From Macrostomum lignano (Eukaryota): a stretch of 36,011 nucleotides of DNA. Below are positions 19,373 through 32,839 of the stretch, in pieces. Position numbers and translations under genes: made by a program. The first letter of the stretch is position 1. Each line of letters begins with the position of its first letter. The stretch is taken from assembly GCA_002269645.1 (NCBI GenBank), contig NIVC01003874.1, forward strand, positions 1-36,011, in the 5' to 3' direction. Under the pieces are notes generated by a model, which saw only the letters and a program-made list of their open reading frames with translations, ran no database searches and was not told the DNA's origin.

Positions 19373-20107
19373 AACATCACGGCTTATAAACTTCGATTAT
19401 AAACAGGAAAATTTACCTGAAAACTAATTTTTCGAATTTTATAAAGAAATAAATACAGTCAAAGCCGCTGTACACTCCTGTGTGGGGGTCTGCTCGTGTG
19501 TATGCCTGCCCAGGGGAGTCGCTTAAGTGACAATGTCGCTTAAACGCCCAAAGTGCGCCAGGGTTGGATGCACGCAGCCTTTAAATTACCGTATGGTAAA
19601 TTGTTGCTTCTAGACGACAGAAAACGATGCGTGTGCACGTATCGTACACGTCTGCAGTTTTGCAAAGGAAACATGCAAATAAAGTAAAACGGACATTTCA
19701 TCTTATCGCAAGCTTTTCGACGGTACCTGTTGTTCCGTTAGCAACGAAATTAAAATTAAAAAACTAACTGTTGCAACACAGAGCTGCTGCATTAGGAAAC
19801 TAAGTTGTCATTCGTAACTTTTCGCAAGTACAAATATCCAGTATGAAAAATGGTATTCTAGCGTACAGTCACCGAGAGTCGAGGCAGAAAATTATTTGAC
19901 TTTTTTTACGCTATCACCTTGATTGCTGAGTGTACAGGCTGAAGTTTGAAGGCAACAAAAATGGAATAAAAAGGTAGACGAGAAGAATAAACAGACGATG
20001 CTATCATATGTCATGCATGCATAAATTTTCCATCCTAACTTTTTTTAAACGGAGAGTTTCTGTGAAGACACTTATATACGAGTAACAATACAACAGCTTC
20101 AGCTTAT

Positions 20108-20530
20108 TTGCAGGCTGTCACCAAACTTCAAACTTCATCTGCATTCGCACATTCAAGTGACCTCCTGGCGTGTAAATTTGTCGACAAGCAAAGCAGCATC
20201 AAGACTCTGCATTTGCTGGACACGGCGGGCAAGGCAGAATGCGTTCAGGTTCGCGGTGTTGCAAAGCAGGTGGTGCAAAAGCCTGCCAGCGTGCTTGCCT
20301 ACTCTTCCAGCATGGCCGGGATTAACCATTTGGACGTCTCAATGCACCCGTATCTCGCAAACCGAAAGAGCATGCGCTGGTTCCACACGCTAGGATTTCA
20401 TCTTCTTGCGATGCTTGTGCGGAACTCGTGGGTGATCTACCGACAGTCCGGTGACACAAAGACTTTTCTGCATTTTGAGGCTGGCAATAAAGAGTCTGGT
20501 GAAGGACACTGGGACCAGTGGGACAACTAA
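20108..20530 (+). mobile_element. piggyBac-family transposase fragment, unit B
   Basis: Ortholog of 4224-4649 with several substitutions and a 3-nt indel. Confidence 0.85.
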
Positions 20531-21106
20531 GTGGGGCGTACAGTGGGCGGTGTGCGCCCTCGCGGCCGCCTGTGAGGGCAGTCGGTAAATATTTTTATTT
20601 ACACTTTACAATGAAATATGATCTGATTTTTCAATGAGAAATGGTGATTTTTTACTCGTAATACTTTATATAGCCTTAATATGGACGATTTTTTTAATCC
20701 TAATCGAAGCCGCCCGGTGATCGCCCGGCGGCCTATGAGGCGGCAACCTAAGTTTGGCGTGTTTCATGTTCAAGGCAGCTTTATTTAATAGCACTGCCCT
20801 TTCAGCCTAGCGGGAGAACCGTTTTTTATCACAATAATAGGTGGTTACTCTTTACAATAAACGTTAGGGCTATATTTGCTGTTGCCTAGTGCCAACATTG
20901 TGAAATAATTTTTTTCGGAAAGATGTGTGAAGTTTCATAAAATTTAAATGCGCATCAGACTACTTTTAGTAGCGTAGAGCTAAGAGCCCCCGAGAACAAC
21001 TTTTTGTTTGCAGTCGAAAGAAGATTAAAAGCATCAAATTGACGATAAATTTACACCTGTAAATATTTGCGCTTTTAGAAAGCGGGCTTTTAGAAAAGAA
21101 GTAGGG

Positions 21107-21319
21107 AGAGGAGAGAGGGTAGAGAGGAGAGAGGGTAGAGAGGAGAGAGGGTAGAGAGGAGAGAGGGTAGAGAGGAGAGAGGGTAGAGAGGAGAGAGGGT
21201 AGAGAGGAGAGAGGGTAGAGAGGAGAGAGGGTAGAGAGGAGAGAGGGTAGAGGGGAGAGAGGCTAGAGAGGAGAGAGGGTAGAGAGGGAGAGGGTAGAGG
21301 GGAGAGAGGGTAGAGAGGA
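21107..21319 (+). repeat. Same 16-bp polypurine minisatellite, about 13 units
   Basis: Read directly; shorter than the unit A array. Confidence 0.95.
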
Positions 21320-24300
21320 GTGGAGCAATGCTATGGGGGATTGAGTGAAAAACTGTCTTAGTTTTTTGCTTTTTGGGTTTGAAGATTTGAAATTCGGAAA
21401 TTTGAGGTAGCTTAAAGCCACCTTAGTGAATTTGGGGGGGGGTTACTAAGCCGAAACTTCACATTGCCGAGTATGCTCTTCCATAAGGTTCGGCCTAGTG
21501 AAAGAGAGTGCTTTTCGGCAAAGTGAAATTTTTGCCTAATGAAAGCGCCCCGTGAATTTGTTTCGGTTGTAAATTTTTATGGAGTTTGTAATATTTGTAC
21601 GTTTGTAACTCACACTGTAATGTGATTGTGAAAGTATATATTTGCTAAAAATACCAACCCTTTCGTTTCAGATGACACACAAATCTCGAAGTATAGATAG
21701 TTACAAGCAGATACTGTTGTTCATTGTAGTAAATGTAAGACAGGACAAGTATGCAAAACAGATTAGGCGTCGTTGTTGAAAGGCTAAACTTTGTAATTAA
21801 AATGTAAAAAATATAATAACTGTAACATTCACATGGGTAATAACGGCTTAATAAGCCTTAAAAGAGTTAGTAACCAGTTAATGAAACACATTGATAAAAA
21901 TTTAGTTCAATTATTCGAACATATAGTTCTCAACACTCAAATTTGATCAATTTAACTGTCGTTAATGCTGAAATTATTGACACACCCAACTCAATGCCAA
22001 GAAATGAACGAACTTTATTTTCAGAAGAAAGCGCTCTTGGTGGTTCGGATCTGTGGTGTCTTTTGGGAATTTAGCTGGCCTCTATTCAGTGGTGTTAGCG
22101 CAGAAAAAGGGTGACAGGGGATACAGAAAATGCAAGGGAATGGGGAATCGTATATTTTCGATATTGTACAGGCCCACTCCCTCCACTCCCCAAGGGATTC
22201 AAATTTCTGGCTGGGCCAAATATGTTCCTTTTCGAAGCCATTCATTGAAGGGGGGTTTCACAAACTCGAAATTTCACAACGTCGAAAGCACCTTCTTTCA
22301 CACGATCGAAATTTCACAAGGTCGAAATTTCATAACATCGAGAACTCAAATAGCAACCACTTTCACAAGGTCGAAACTTCACAAGGTCAAAATTTCACAA
22401 CATCGAATTCGAAAACTTTAGCAAGAGACTTCACCAACTACTTTTAGCAAAAAGCGCGCAGTGTGTTGGTGGGGAAGTATGTATCAGTTTATTTCGAACT
22501 GTATTGCGAGAGGATATTATAGCGTTTGTCTTCTTTGTCCATGAGTACGGGCTTGTAAAAACGATTGATTTATCAACTGCGAGCTTTTGTATGACGGACA
22601 CTGCACACTTGCCGCTAGAATTAGCTGCAAGGCTTCCCAGAATATGGGTGCAGAAGGGAGGTGTTGCCGTCCATTCCGCAGACCCCTGCGATCACGGGCA
22701 GCTGGTGCTACTGTGTCGCGCAGGGAGATCCCGTGGTGCCGGTGTTCTCAGTTCTGTCCCCCTCCAGGAGGTGAGTGATCGGTCGCCCGGTAGCCCTTAG
22801 GCATGGACGAGGTGGCAGAAATTCCCGTGCTTGAAACTGTCGAAAAAATCCAGATTTGCGCCGCGGTGAGCCTGTCCTAAATAAAGAGGAGGCATTCTAA
22901 AATTAAATGCTTCCTTGAACTGACCAGCCATGACCTGAGATAGCCGTGGTCACCGCCTTGGTGCCAGACTGCGGTTGATTCCAAGCAAGGCCTGCGGAGG
23001 GCAGGAGGAAGAGGGGATCCTGCCGGCAGAGCTGAACTATCGGCGGTTATCTCTCCTTGTGCTTCGTTGCACCCCCACAAGTGGTTACAATAGCAGTGGG
23101 ATGGAGGCCACAGGCAGGGGGTCAAAGAAAGGGCTAATTGGTGATTGGTCATCTCGTTGTTGGGTTGATCCGAGTGCCCGGGGATCCGTTGTTGGCAAAG
23201 TAAATCATGTTGATCAAACGCTCCCCGAATAAGTTCAGTTCGCTTTGTCATCAGAAGGCCTATTTTGAGTGGCTCTTAATGATCCTGCTTTCAAAAGAAC
23301 AACCGTTCTTGATCGAGTTAAGTTTATTGACAGTTTAATTTATTTTTGCGAGCAATTTACCTAGAAACCATAATTGACAATCTGTATGTATCTAAGGATG
23401 AATAGAAACTTAAATAGGAGAATTCAGAATGATAAATTTGAATTTCTGTTGGAATTTCACAGACTCATACAATTTTGTTAATATGCAATAAAAAGCTTTG
23501 CACATCAGCTCGAAATTAATATCATGAATTTTGCAAAAATCAATATTTTATGGTATTTTGTGTTGACAATTGTTCATATTCGTTCATTCATTAACTGATG
23601 ACTTTTGAGGTTAATTGTTCTGCAAACAGAAAAAACTTCATTTCTTCTATGCATGAACGAAGATCTATGGATGGATGAATATCAGTTAAAACCGCGCTGT
23701 TAGTCAAGAAACTTTAGTGTCTTTTTAGATCTAAATTTTAGAGACTAGATTACGATCAACAATAAGCGCGTGGGTATGTTCAAATTTCATTATCGTAAAA
23801 AATGTATTCATTCGCGGAGTAATTTTAATGTTTGTTAAAACTCACGAAGTTGCCTTGACAATCGGGGTAAGGTTCAATTTCAATGCGTCAGCTGCCTTGG
23901 CTTCCCACCGCTTCATCGATCTGATCGTCCTGACGAGAACGCATTTAAAAACTATGGGGTCGTACTCTAAAGCTGTCGTAGCGTAAGTTTGATCGTACGT
24001 AGGAACTTTTACACTGTGGAGATAGGAGTTAAAAACGATCTTATCGTATATATCGGGCCCTATATACTCAGTAACACCGAAAATTCTCCATCACCGAAGA
24101 TTCCTTCGAGGTCGCCACTTTTGAGAGTGCAGGTAAAGTCTCTGAATCTTTGCGAGTGACGCAAATCAGCTACGCCACGGCAGACTTGAGTTAAGGAATG
24201 AAGTGGGGGGAGCGGTGTGCGAGGGTTGGACGGATTAAAGCTACCCGATCAGTTTTCTAGTAATTTTTTTCAGAATTACTAGAAGTTCAAGAGAAATTGC

Positions 24301-25097
24301 TCATTGGAGCAAAGAGTGGCGACTTTTCAATGTTGCTGAGTGCAAATAGCATTGCGAACTTATGGGTTCGGAGACCGAGGGAAGTTGATTGCAAGTTTAT
24401 AAGACAGTAGAGCGTGCCCTTTAGCTGCTTAGTGGTCGGCTTAGCTGAAGTGCATACGACTAGAGAGTAGCGTGCACAGCCATTATATGGGTTGGTGCGT
24501 GACCAAGAACAATTACTTAGTGAGTCAAAAACGTCCAAGAGTGAAATTGCACAAACTAAAGAACAAGTAACTGTAAAAAAACTAATTTGATCGAAAGATA
24601 AAATAATCTCGCGGTGGATCTGACAATCCGACGACACATCTACGATCGTACTTCATTTTATCAGGGCTTTAGGCTTGATAGCTTGAGTATGCTTTATTCT
24701 TAGCCAAGTTTTTTACTCGGCCTGTGTCTTCAGCGTGCCAAAATCTACTGCCAATGAAAGTTTTTGCCACCATTGGAGCACTTTTTCATTTGAATGTTCG
24801 TCGTATACATAACCTCCCATGGTTGCAATTTAACTTGGACGCTTACAGGATCTGAGATATCTGCAGGTATGCCCTGATAAGCAAGCTGTCTCGCTGTCGT
24901 TTCTGTTTTTTTATAGTAAGCTTGTACAAATGGTATGCTAACAGAGATCAGCTACTAATACATGTGTGCAATACGGGTAAGATAAAAAAGTAAGAAAAAA
25001 GTTTCGTCACAAAACCAGCGAGAGACATTACTGCCCATTCCCACGACTCCCTGAGCACAATCGCACGGATACGTACGCAGTCATACGCACAGGCATA

Positions 25098-25232
25098 CTC
25101 TCACACAGGAGTGTACAGCATCCCTAACTTTATTTAATTATCCTCTCACACAGGAGTGTACAGCAGCCCTAACTTTATTTAATTATCCTCTCACACAGGA
25201 GTGTACAGCAACCCTAACTTTATTTAATTATC
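25098..25232 (+). repeat. 45-bp tandem triplication inside the SINE of unit B
   Basis: ctctcacacaggagtgtacagcaNccctaactttatttaattatc x3; single copy in unit A at ~9289-9333. Confidence 0.9.
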
Positions 25233-26437
25233 GTCTAGAATGCACACTTCACTGCGCCTTGTGATTGGCCCTCAAGGCTGCTAATTGCATGAGCAGAGCC
25301 AAGCTGAGATTCCAATTAGGACTTCAATAAATGTGACTGCACTTTGACTCGAGCCTGGGCCGCAGACACTACCTCACTATAGATCACTGGGCTACGGCCC
25401 GGTGTAATTAAATTTTTATTGCTTGAGCCATCAAGCGAAATGCGAATGCCTAGTGTCAGGTACGAGCGTACATTACATTTTCCGGTTTATATTTGAAGTT
25501 TATAAGCCCTTGCACCCCTTGCACTGCGGCAAGGAAGAATTTAATGTTTCACATGATAAAAATTGGCCAAAATTCTGTTGGCAACAATGAGATGCGCAGC
25601 ATTTTTATGCATAAGCTTTGGCGTTCATGTACAGCTAGACTGTTTGCGAATAAACTGCAGAGCCTAAACGTTTTAGAAAGCCATATTATCAATAAATTAA
25701 TCGGTTGATGTATTTCAGTAAAGAACTTTAATAGCTTGTAGTATAACTCTTATAGTACAGTCTGTATAATTGTTACAGCGTTTCTATTCGGTATTGAATA
25801 TATTATATAATATATTAATAAACTTCGTCACTAGACTCCACCCAAACGCTGACACCGAATCTTAGAATTTCATGCGGTTTTAATGAATACCCGAGTCCAA
25901 GCGAACTAAGCTAATACTTTTTCTAAGCTAGAGCTACTATACTATCTTCTAGTAGGCTGTCACTTCTGTAAGGACAAGAAACATCTATAAATAAAATAAC
26001 TTATAATAGCAAACGGATATACATGTTGCTAAAGACTTGATGCTAAAGATTGATGAAATTTACAGACTTATTAATTTTAAATCTAAATTTCAATTGCAAT
26101 AATCTCGCAATAACTTTAAACACCAAACCAAACAGACGAAAAACTTCAGTAGAAATAAATTGGCGTGATTATACTTCTTATCAAATATTTTAAAACCGTC
26201 GATTCGCAATTTCAAATTTTCATCAAGGTCAAAAACACAGAATTTAATCAATCATTTTATCTATTGGATTGCAAAGTTATTTATTGATGATCAATGTTGT
26301 TTTAATTAGTGCTCTACAGTTGAGCATTACCTACCTTGAGTAAATGACAAGATAATTGGTTTTACTTTATACTATATAAAGCATCAGGACCATCAGGAGT
26401 ACAGGAGAGGCTATTACATCGGGTTAATATTGATATA

Positions 26438-27059
26438 CTCAGCAACAGTCAAAAGTTCCACCCCACTAAGCGTGATGATTTTTTTAACTTATTGCGAGTG
26501 ACGCAACCTACGGCACGCGCAAAGCTTATTGCCGCTTGGGGGTGGCTTGGGTCTGCTTAATGGTCCAGGCCTGGACATTAAGCAGACCTAGCTCAGGAAC
26601 AACGCCCCGCCACACCAAGCCGATGCTGTTAGTCAACTGAAGGAACAGCTACAGCTGCGCACTCTGCGCTGGCCTTCCCGGTCCCCAGACATGAATCCCA
26701 TCGAGCATGTCTGGGACTTCCTAAAACGTAGCATTCGAAAAGAGAATCCACCACAGAATGTTGCGGAGAGCTCTGCGTCATGCCATTGAAAACGCTTCGG
26801 AGCGGCTTCCCCAGGACTTTCTGCGCCGCCTCATCATTGGGATGCCCCGCAGAGTCGTCGCACTTACTGCGTGCGAGGGGATCCCACACGCATCGCGATT
26901 CTAACTAAATATTGCATAAAAAATTATGATTTTACTACGAGTATTGATATTCAATCAACTTTCCCTTCCTCGCGGCGGCTTAGTTGCGTAACTTGAGGGT
27001 TGAATTGTGAGTGTGAAGTTTTTGCAATTTGGAGGGTAGAACTTTTGACTGTTGCTGAG
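26438..27059 (+). mobile_element. Tc1-type (DD34E) remnant, unit B
   Basis: Near-identical to 10524-11143. Confidence 0.88.
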
Positions 27060-27516
27060 TCAAAAGTTGCCGAATTAATCAGATACATATACACCTAATG
27101 TTGAAAGTAATTACTGACTTTTAAGCAAAGTAAAACTATAGCAGCAGTAGACCTAGGTTAAAAATTTTAGAAAAAGTTACTGCCCTAGATTTTTAGGTTT
27201 TTTAGCTCGTATCGATCGTCTTCTGTATGTAGTAATTAGTCATTTTTGGTGGCTTTTCACGTGACGTAAACTCCGGTTGAGTCATCAGGCTGAAAGTCGG
27301 ATGCAAGCATGATTAATAATTTGACATTGCTGAAAATATGATGAAGTCTGGTGCCTCAAATCACATTAAAGCTGCTTACAATGCCTGCTGATTCGCCATA
27401 TATTGGTTACTGACTGTCATTTGCATTTCACCGACTCATTCACTACTGACGCATCCGGCGATTTTTTCCAAGGTGGCCACCGACCAGATCTCATCAGCAC
27501 AAAGCAGGCCACACTG

Positions 27517-30500
27517 CTACCATGCAATGATGGCGAGAACAGCCGTAGTTGATGAAGCTGCTAGCAGTGGCCGCTCCCAGACTCCCGCCAGCCTCGTCTC
27601 TCCTGTTGATGGAGGCGATATTTAAAGCAGGGCTGCTTCCTCGTGTATAACATCTGAAATCAGCTGCGAAACTCACCAAAACCCTTTTCGGGCAGCACGA
27701 GCAGCGCAGAGCTGCCGTTGAGCAGGCGGCATCTCACAGTGGAACCCGCTACGTCTGATGGCTGAGCGAACGCCAAGAACTGCGACATCACCGAGCTGAA
27801 GCACCGCGACCCGGTGGGCTTCGAGACATCCTGAAGTTAAGCAAAGCATACTATCTTGCACAAATAGCGAGCTACATAATGCTGCCAACAGACAAAAACA
27901 ACCTTCTTTATTAGCGTCGCGGGAATCGAATAGTTAGTAGCCGTCCTCAGCTCACAGCGGTGCCTCACACTGGGACAGGCGTGTTCGGAAACCGCACGGA
28001 ACTGAATTGCTCCGTTGAGTAGCCACAGCTCAGGATCAATCAACTTAAGCTGTAAGTCATTTGGTTCAACTGAAATCAATAAAACGGAGAAACGGTTGTA
28101 AATGCATTAAGAACGCATGTTTTTATGAGCTGTTATGAAATAAATGAATCACAAGAGAGGTCAACAGCAATACCTGGAGGTAATTGGCTGAATTCAATCG
28201 AACCGAGCATTCCTGGCACAGAGAATGCGCAAGACACATTGCGGCTGCACACTTGACGCTGCCATCGTCCAAAAAACTGGAATACTTTTCCCGAAGATGT
28301 CGAGACGATTCGATCCTGTGGTAGCAGGTAAAACGACGAGTGAACTTCATAATTGATGGTGTATGCATATTGTGGGAAATATGGCTAGTACTTCGCACAA
28401 GAAGTATATATCAAATAGTATCAACCTTAATAGACATTAATCGGATGCCAAATATGTTTAGCCAAAATTATTATTTCTTTTTGCCTTCATTAAGTATCAA
28501 ATATTTTGATTATATCTTACAACACGGATCGGGACTTCGATGGTTCCATTCTCGCACTCCTGGTGCAGCCGACATTTCGCTGACAGGCCTCGGATGCTTG
28601 CAGCTGTTGTTAATAAAATGCGCATTGGAGCACCCGCAGCGATCTCAGTAGACTCTGGGAATCTCCATTGAATTTCTCGAACAGCTGATATAAGGAAATG
28701 ACCATTGTAAGGAGCCGATCATAATAATACCTTTCTTTATTCGACATTCCAAACATTGAATAAATCAGCTGGTACATATGACATACGTTGAACAAATGAT
28801 TTAAACTCTGCAAACCTACTCTCGCAAATGTCACCTTTTTACTTCATTTAAAAACAGAGTCAAATAAGTTAATTATTTGATTAAAAATTAATGAAATTAA
28901 TCACAAAAATAAATCAGTTAAAATCTTTCGTAATCGTTCTCGCTTTTTTTCTATATCGCTAATCATGCTTCTACGCTCGTATGAAGATTCTATAGTTATA
29001 TATATTATATATTCTAATATATTATATTTATATATATATATATTATATATATATATTTTTATGTATATTTATATAGCTATATACTGTTATATATTCTAAC
29101 GTAGTGATTTTATGCGCATACATAAAATTCCTGTTTTTAATGAGCTCTATATACATTATTTATATTATACGCATATATTTATGCATTAACTTCATAATCT
29201 TAACTCAACTCACGCAGTTGCATAGCCGGCAGAGAATAGTTGACTGTTCCGGCTTGCTTGTAACAAATTATCGTAGAATTGACTGTGTCGATGAGCTCAG
29301 CCAGCAGAGTAAAATCTGTTTGAACTCTGCTCACACACTGAGAAATACGTGGCTGTGATGCTTGCTGAAGTTTTGACGTAGCAATTGTATCAGAATAAAA
29401 ATACGCTAGCTGGGTATTGTAAATTGAAGGAAAATACAATTGCGTATATCTGCATATCAGTACGGGCCTACAGTGTACATCGTTTAGTTGTACACGCCTA
29501 TCATAGCAATTACTCTAAGTATATTATATTATGCTAAATATTTTAACTACGCATTGTTACATTATTCTTACCCGCTTCACTTGCACAGCAGTGACTGCGC
29601 TTCCATTGAAAAGCCTCAGCTCGCAGCGATGCCTCACTCGCCGACACTCGGCTTGAGACACAGCTCGAAACCGAATCAAACTATCTGAGAGGCTCCACAG
29701 CTCAGGCTTTATCAGGCTGATTTCAAGTGAAGCTGGCTTAACTGAAAGTTATTCATATGTATGAAGGAAACTAGAGCAGGATAATCAAAATCTGCTACAG
29801 TTACTGAACCGCTTTGCTAATATTGCAATACAGACACTTCGCTTCTTCAAAAACATCTATGCAGAGTCTCAAAAACTGATTGAAGAAAGTTGTTTACCAT
29901 CAGGTGCTGGAGTCGATTCAATCAGTTCATTGATACCGCTGCCACGGAATCTGCACGTGATGTTTCGAATGCAGACAGCAGTGTCTGAGATGATTCCAGA
30001 AAACAGGTACAATTTTTTAACTGATCTTCATTGTGAGTAGATCGTCTGGAGGAATTGCAAAAACAATTCATATATAATCTGAGGCTCTTTAAATTTGTCC
30101 AAGCTTTTGAATGCAAACTTGAAAGGTCAAGAGATATTACCTTCACTATGCAAAGTTATAAGAAAAACTTAAACCAGTAATTACGCTCGTATATAGCACT
30201 TTTTTCGAAAATTTAATGCAGATAAATGCCCGGCTTACGGAATTCATTGCGATCTCCGAAGTTTGCCTTCCACATTCAAGATCTAAGTAACACCTAGCTG
30301 ATACATTTCGATCCATAGAAAGCAGTGAAAAACTGAATTTCGAGCCACCTATGGCCATTCTGGTCCATTTTGAAAAGATCCACAGTAATTCATGATCATC
30401 TGTAAAGAGTATCAAACTGAGTAAATGTAGCAGCGTTAAGATTTTTTGTGGAAGTTGATAATATTTATGTAATCTAAAGAGAATTTATAAGAGTTCTCTT

Positions 30501-31716
30501 CTCATTGCTTAAAACTAATTATCCATTATAATCGATAGGCCGATGGCGCATAATCCGTAGTACAAATAACCTGCATCAACATAAACAATGTTGAGACTTA
30601 TTCAGATTTATGTAACTACGAGTAACTATGGAAACTATGTTGCTTCTCTGTCCGTATCTGGCCGAGAAAAGAAACTATAAACATAAGATTGCATAACTTT
30701 TAACTTATATTTTCTGCACTGAACAGTTTAACTTCTGAATTGAATAAAACTGAAAAAACTGCCAGATACTGTTGACGTCTTGTATCACTCACGGACATTG
30801 AACTCAAATTCGAACCCTTCACGGACAACAGAGCCGTCAGTAGTGAAAATTAGGGTAACGCTATGCGAAAACGTGTATGACGGATGAAGAATTCTATGAT
30901 TGCCTGAAATCGCTTGCAGAGCCGTGTGTTGATATCGCGGAACAAGTCCTGAATATATCCTAAGATAGTCGCGGCCAGATTCCGTGTTGAACTTTGTGAA
31001 TCGAATGAAAACACGGGAATTTCTGGGCACGTAAATACTCCAAGCTTTTTTGTAGTTATTGCGGTAGGACCCGACATCTGGATGGCTCCGTCTGACACCG
31101 CTTCTCTGCCGAATGACCTCAGTAGCAGCTGAAATTCCATTTTCATCCGAGATCAAATAAATCAGCAAAAGTCAACCAGAGTGCTGTTATAAACGTAAGG
31201 CATAAAATTCACCTGGAATCGATTCCCACTGGCGTTCGTAAGAAAGCCGAAATCCGGATCTCGTGTGAAACCCGTCACTTCGAAACCGCACAACAAAGGG
31301 CGAATTCACCCAGAACTCAGACTCAGTCGCGTTTGCATGCACAAGTCGAAACTTCTCTGAGCTGCTTGATGCGTAGATTGCGCTTTCATAAATTAAAACT
31401 TTGTCGCAGCACGAATCCACATCCAGCTTGCTGAATCGGATTCGGCTGACACCACGTGGTCGAATAGACCAGGAAACATCCAAATTGTTTGAATACTGGC
31501 CTCCAGAGGAGGGGCACGCGATCGTTCCAGATGACGAGTAAAGCGTCCTACCGGAACAGCACTCTGCGTTTTTAGTAACCCACGTTTTAGCAAGAGCAAA
31601 CTGGTTTTTTCTGACTCTAATCAAAACAGAATAAACGTACCGGATGGAGAAAACCAAAATAACAAGCCAAACACAATGAGTTGAAAGTAACGAAAAAATC
31701 TGGTGCATGTTTTCAT
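27517..31716 (-). CDS. Second copy of the CUB-CUB-4-module gene; same in-frame TGA, last exon frameshifted to stop mid-TM (possible pseudogene or non-TM variant)
   Basis: Exons 31641-31716, 31213-31563, 30793-31128, 30239-30399, 29898-30045, 29572-29741, 29214-29364, 28787-28834, 28521-28684, 28174-28315, 27903-28069, 27677-27830, 27517-27602. Exons 1-11 look identical to copy 1. Exon 12 has 6 substitutions. A 1-nt deletion gives ...AVLAIIAW-TAG at 27517-27519. Shared TGA at 30028-30030. Confidence 0.75.
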
Positions 31717-32733
31717 CGCAGTCTGGTTCAGCTGCAGGGCGCTGCGGGCATGGCATACGAGCTAGTAAGCGGAAAACTGCTGTTTCAGTGTTCCTGTTCG
31801 TATTTATGCCCGTTAATCTTCTTTCCACTAAATTAAATCAACTTCCAGTAAACAGGCCGAACATCAAATTTAGACAGCTTTTAATTAAAGTATATAAAAC
31901 CAAATCTGGCAATATCTAGGCAACTCTTCCACTAATTTCGAGGCTAATTTTGACACAAGACTTCCAATTTTCGCTGATTTTGGTTTCGAGTTTATCCATA
32001 TAGAACGTAATAAATCATAAATATTGTAATACAGAATGCCTTGAAGGTAAAAGTGTGCCGTATCTCAACACTTCATTTCAGAAATCACCCCCTGAAGTAT
32101 TTCTGGTGTTTTGGTCATATCAATATAGAGAATTGATTTCATATCTTCATAATTTGCTATCAAAGCATAGCGAAGTGTAGTACATTTAAACTATAATGGT
32201 CTTACAAGAAATCTCAGGTGAAAACTAAAACTATTGACTGGGTTGGATGGTGCTTTATGGAAAGCAATGAAAACTTGTTAAGACAGTGTACGAGGACTTC
32301 TGTCGCTTAAGTCGAATGCTTTGCTAATTTTAGAACAGATAGAATGTTTAATGAATCTGTGGAGTCGTTTTTTCCTAAAACACATCACATGTCTTCCAAC
32401 TGCAAAACAACTTATTTTTAGTTAATTAAAATGGAACACGACATAATGCTCATACAATGATCATACGTGTTTTTTAGCTTTGAGTAGGACAGAATTTACA
32501 AATTTGAACCTATAAGCTGAAGCTGTTGTATTGTTACTCGTATATAAGTGTCTTCACAGAAACGCTACGCATAAAAAAGTTAGGATGGAAAATTTATGCA
32601 TGCATGACATATGACAGCATCGTCTGTTTATTCTTCTCGTCTACCTTTTTATTCCATTTTCGTTGCCTTCAAACTTCAGCCTGTACACTCAGCAATCAAG
32701 GTGATAGCGTAAAAAAAGCCAAATAATTTTCAG

Positions 32734-32839
32734 CCTAACCCTAACCCTAACCCTAACCTAACCTACCTACCTACCTACCTACCTACCTACCTACCTACCT
32801 ACCTACCTACCTACCTACCTACCTACCTAAATACCTACC
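32734..32839 (+). repeat. CCCTAA / CCTAA / (CCTA)n repeat, unit C
   Basis: Same as the unit B copy at offset +15910. Confidence 0.9.

Larger units (their letters stand above)
16602..20107. repeat. Pair of ~225 bp inverted repeats (16602-16826 and 19882-20107), unit B; unit C keeps only the left arm (32512-32736)
   Basis: ataagctgaagctg...cagcct versus aggcag...cagcttcagcttat, with a ~3.05 kb spacer. Confidence 0.88.

Noticed and set aside
25098-25232. CRISPR-like array
   Set aside because: Abutting repeats with no unique spacers, inside a SINE in eukaryotic DNA, and no cas genes.
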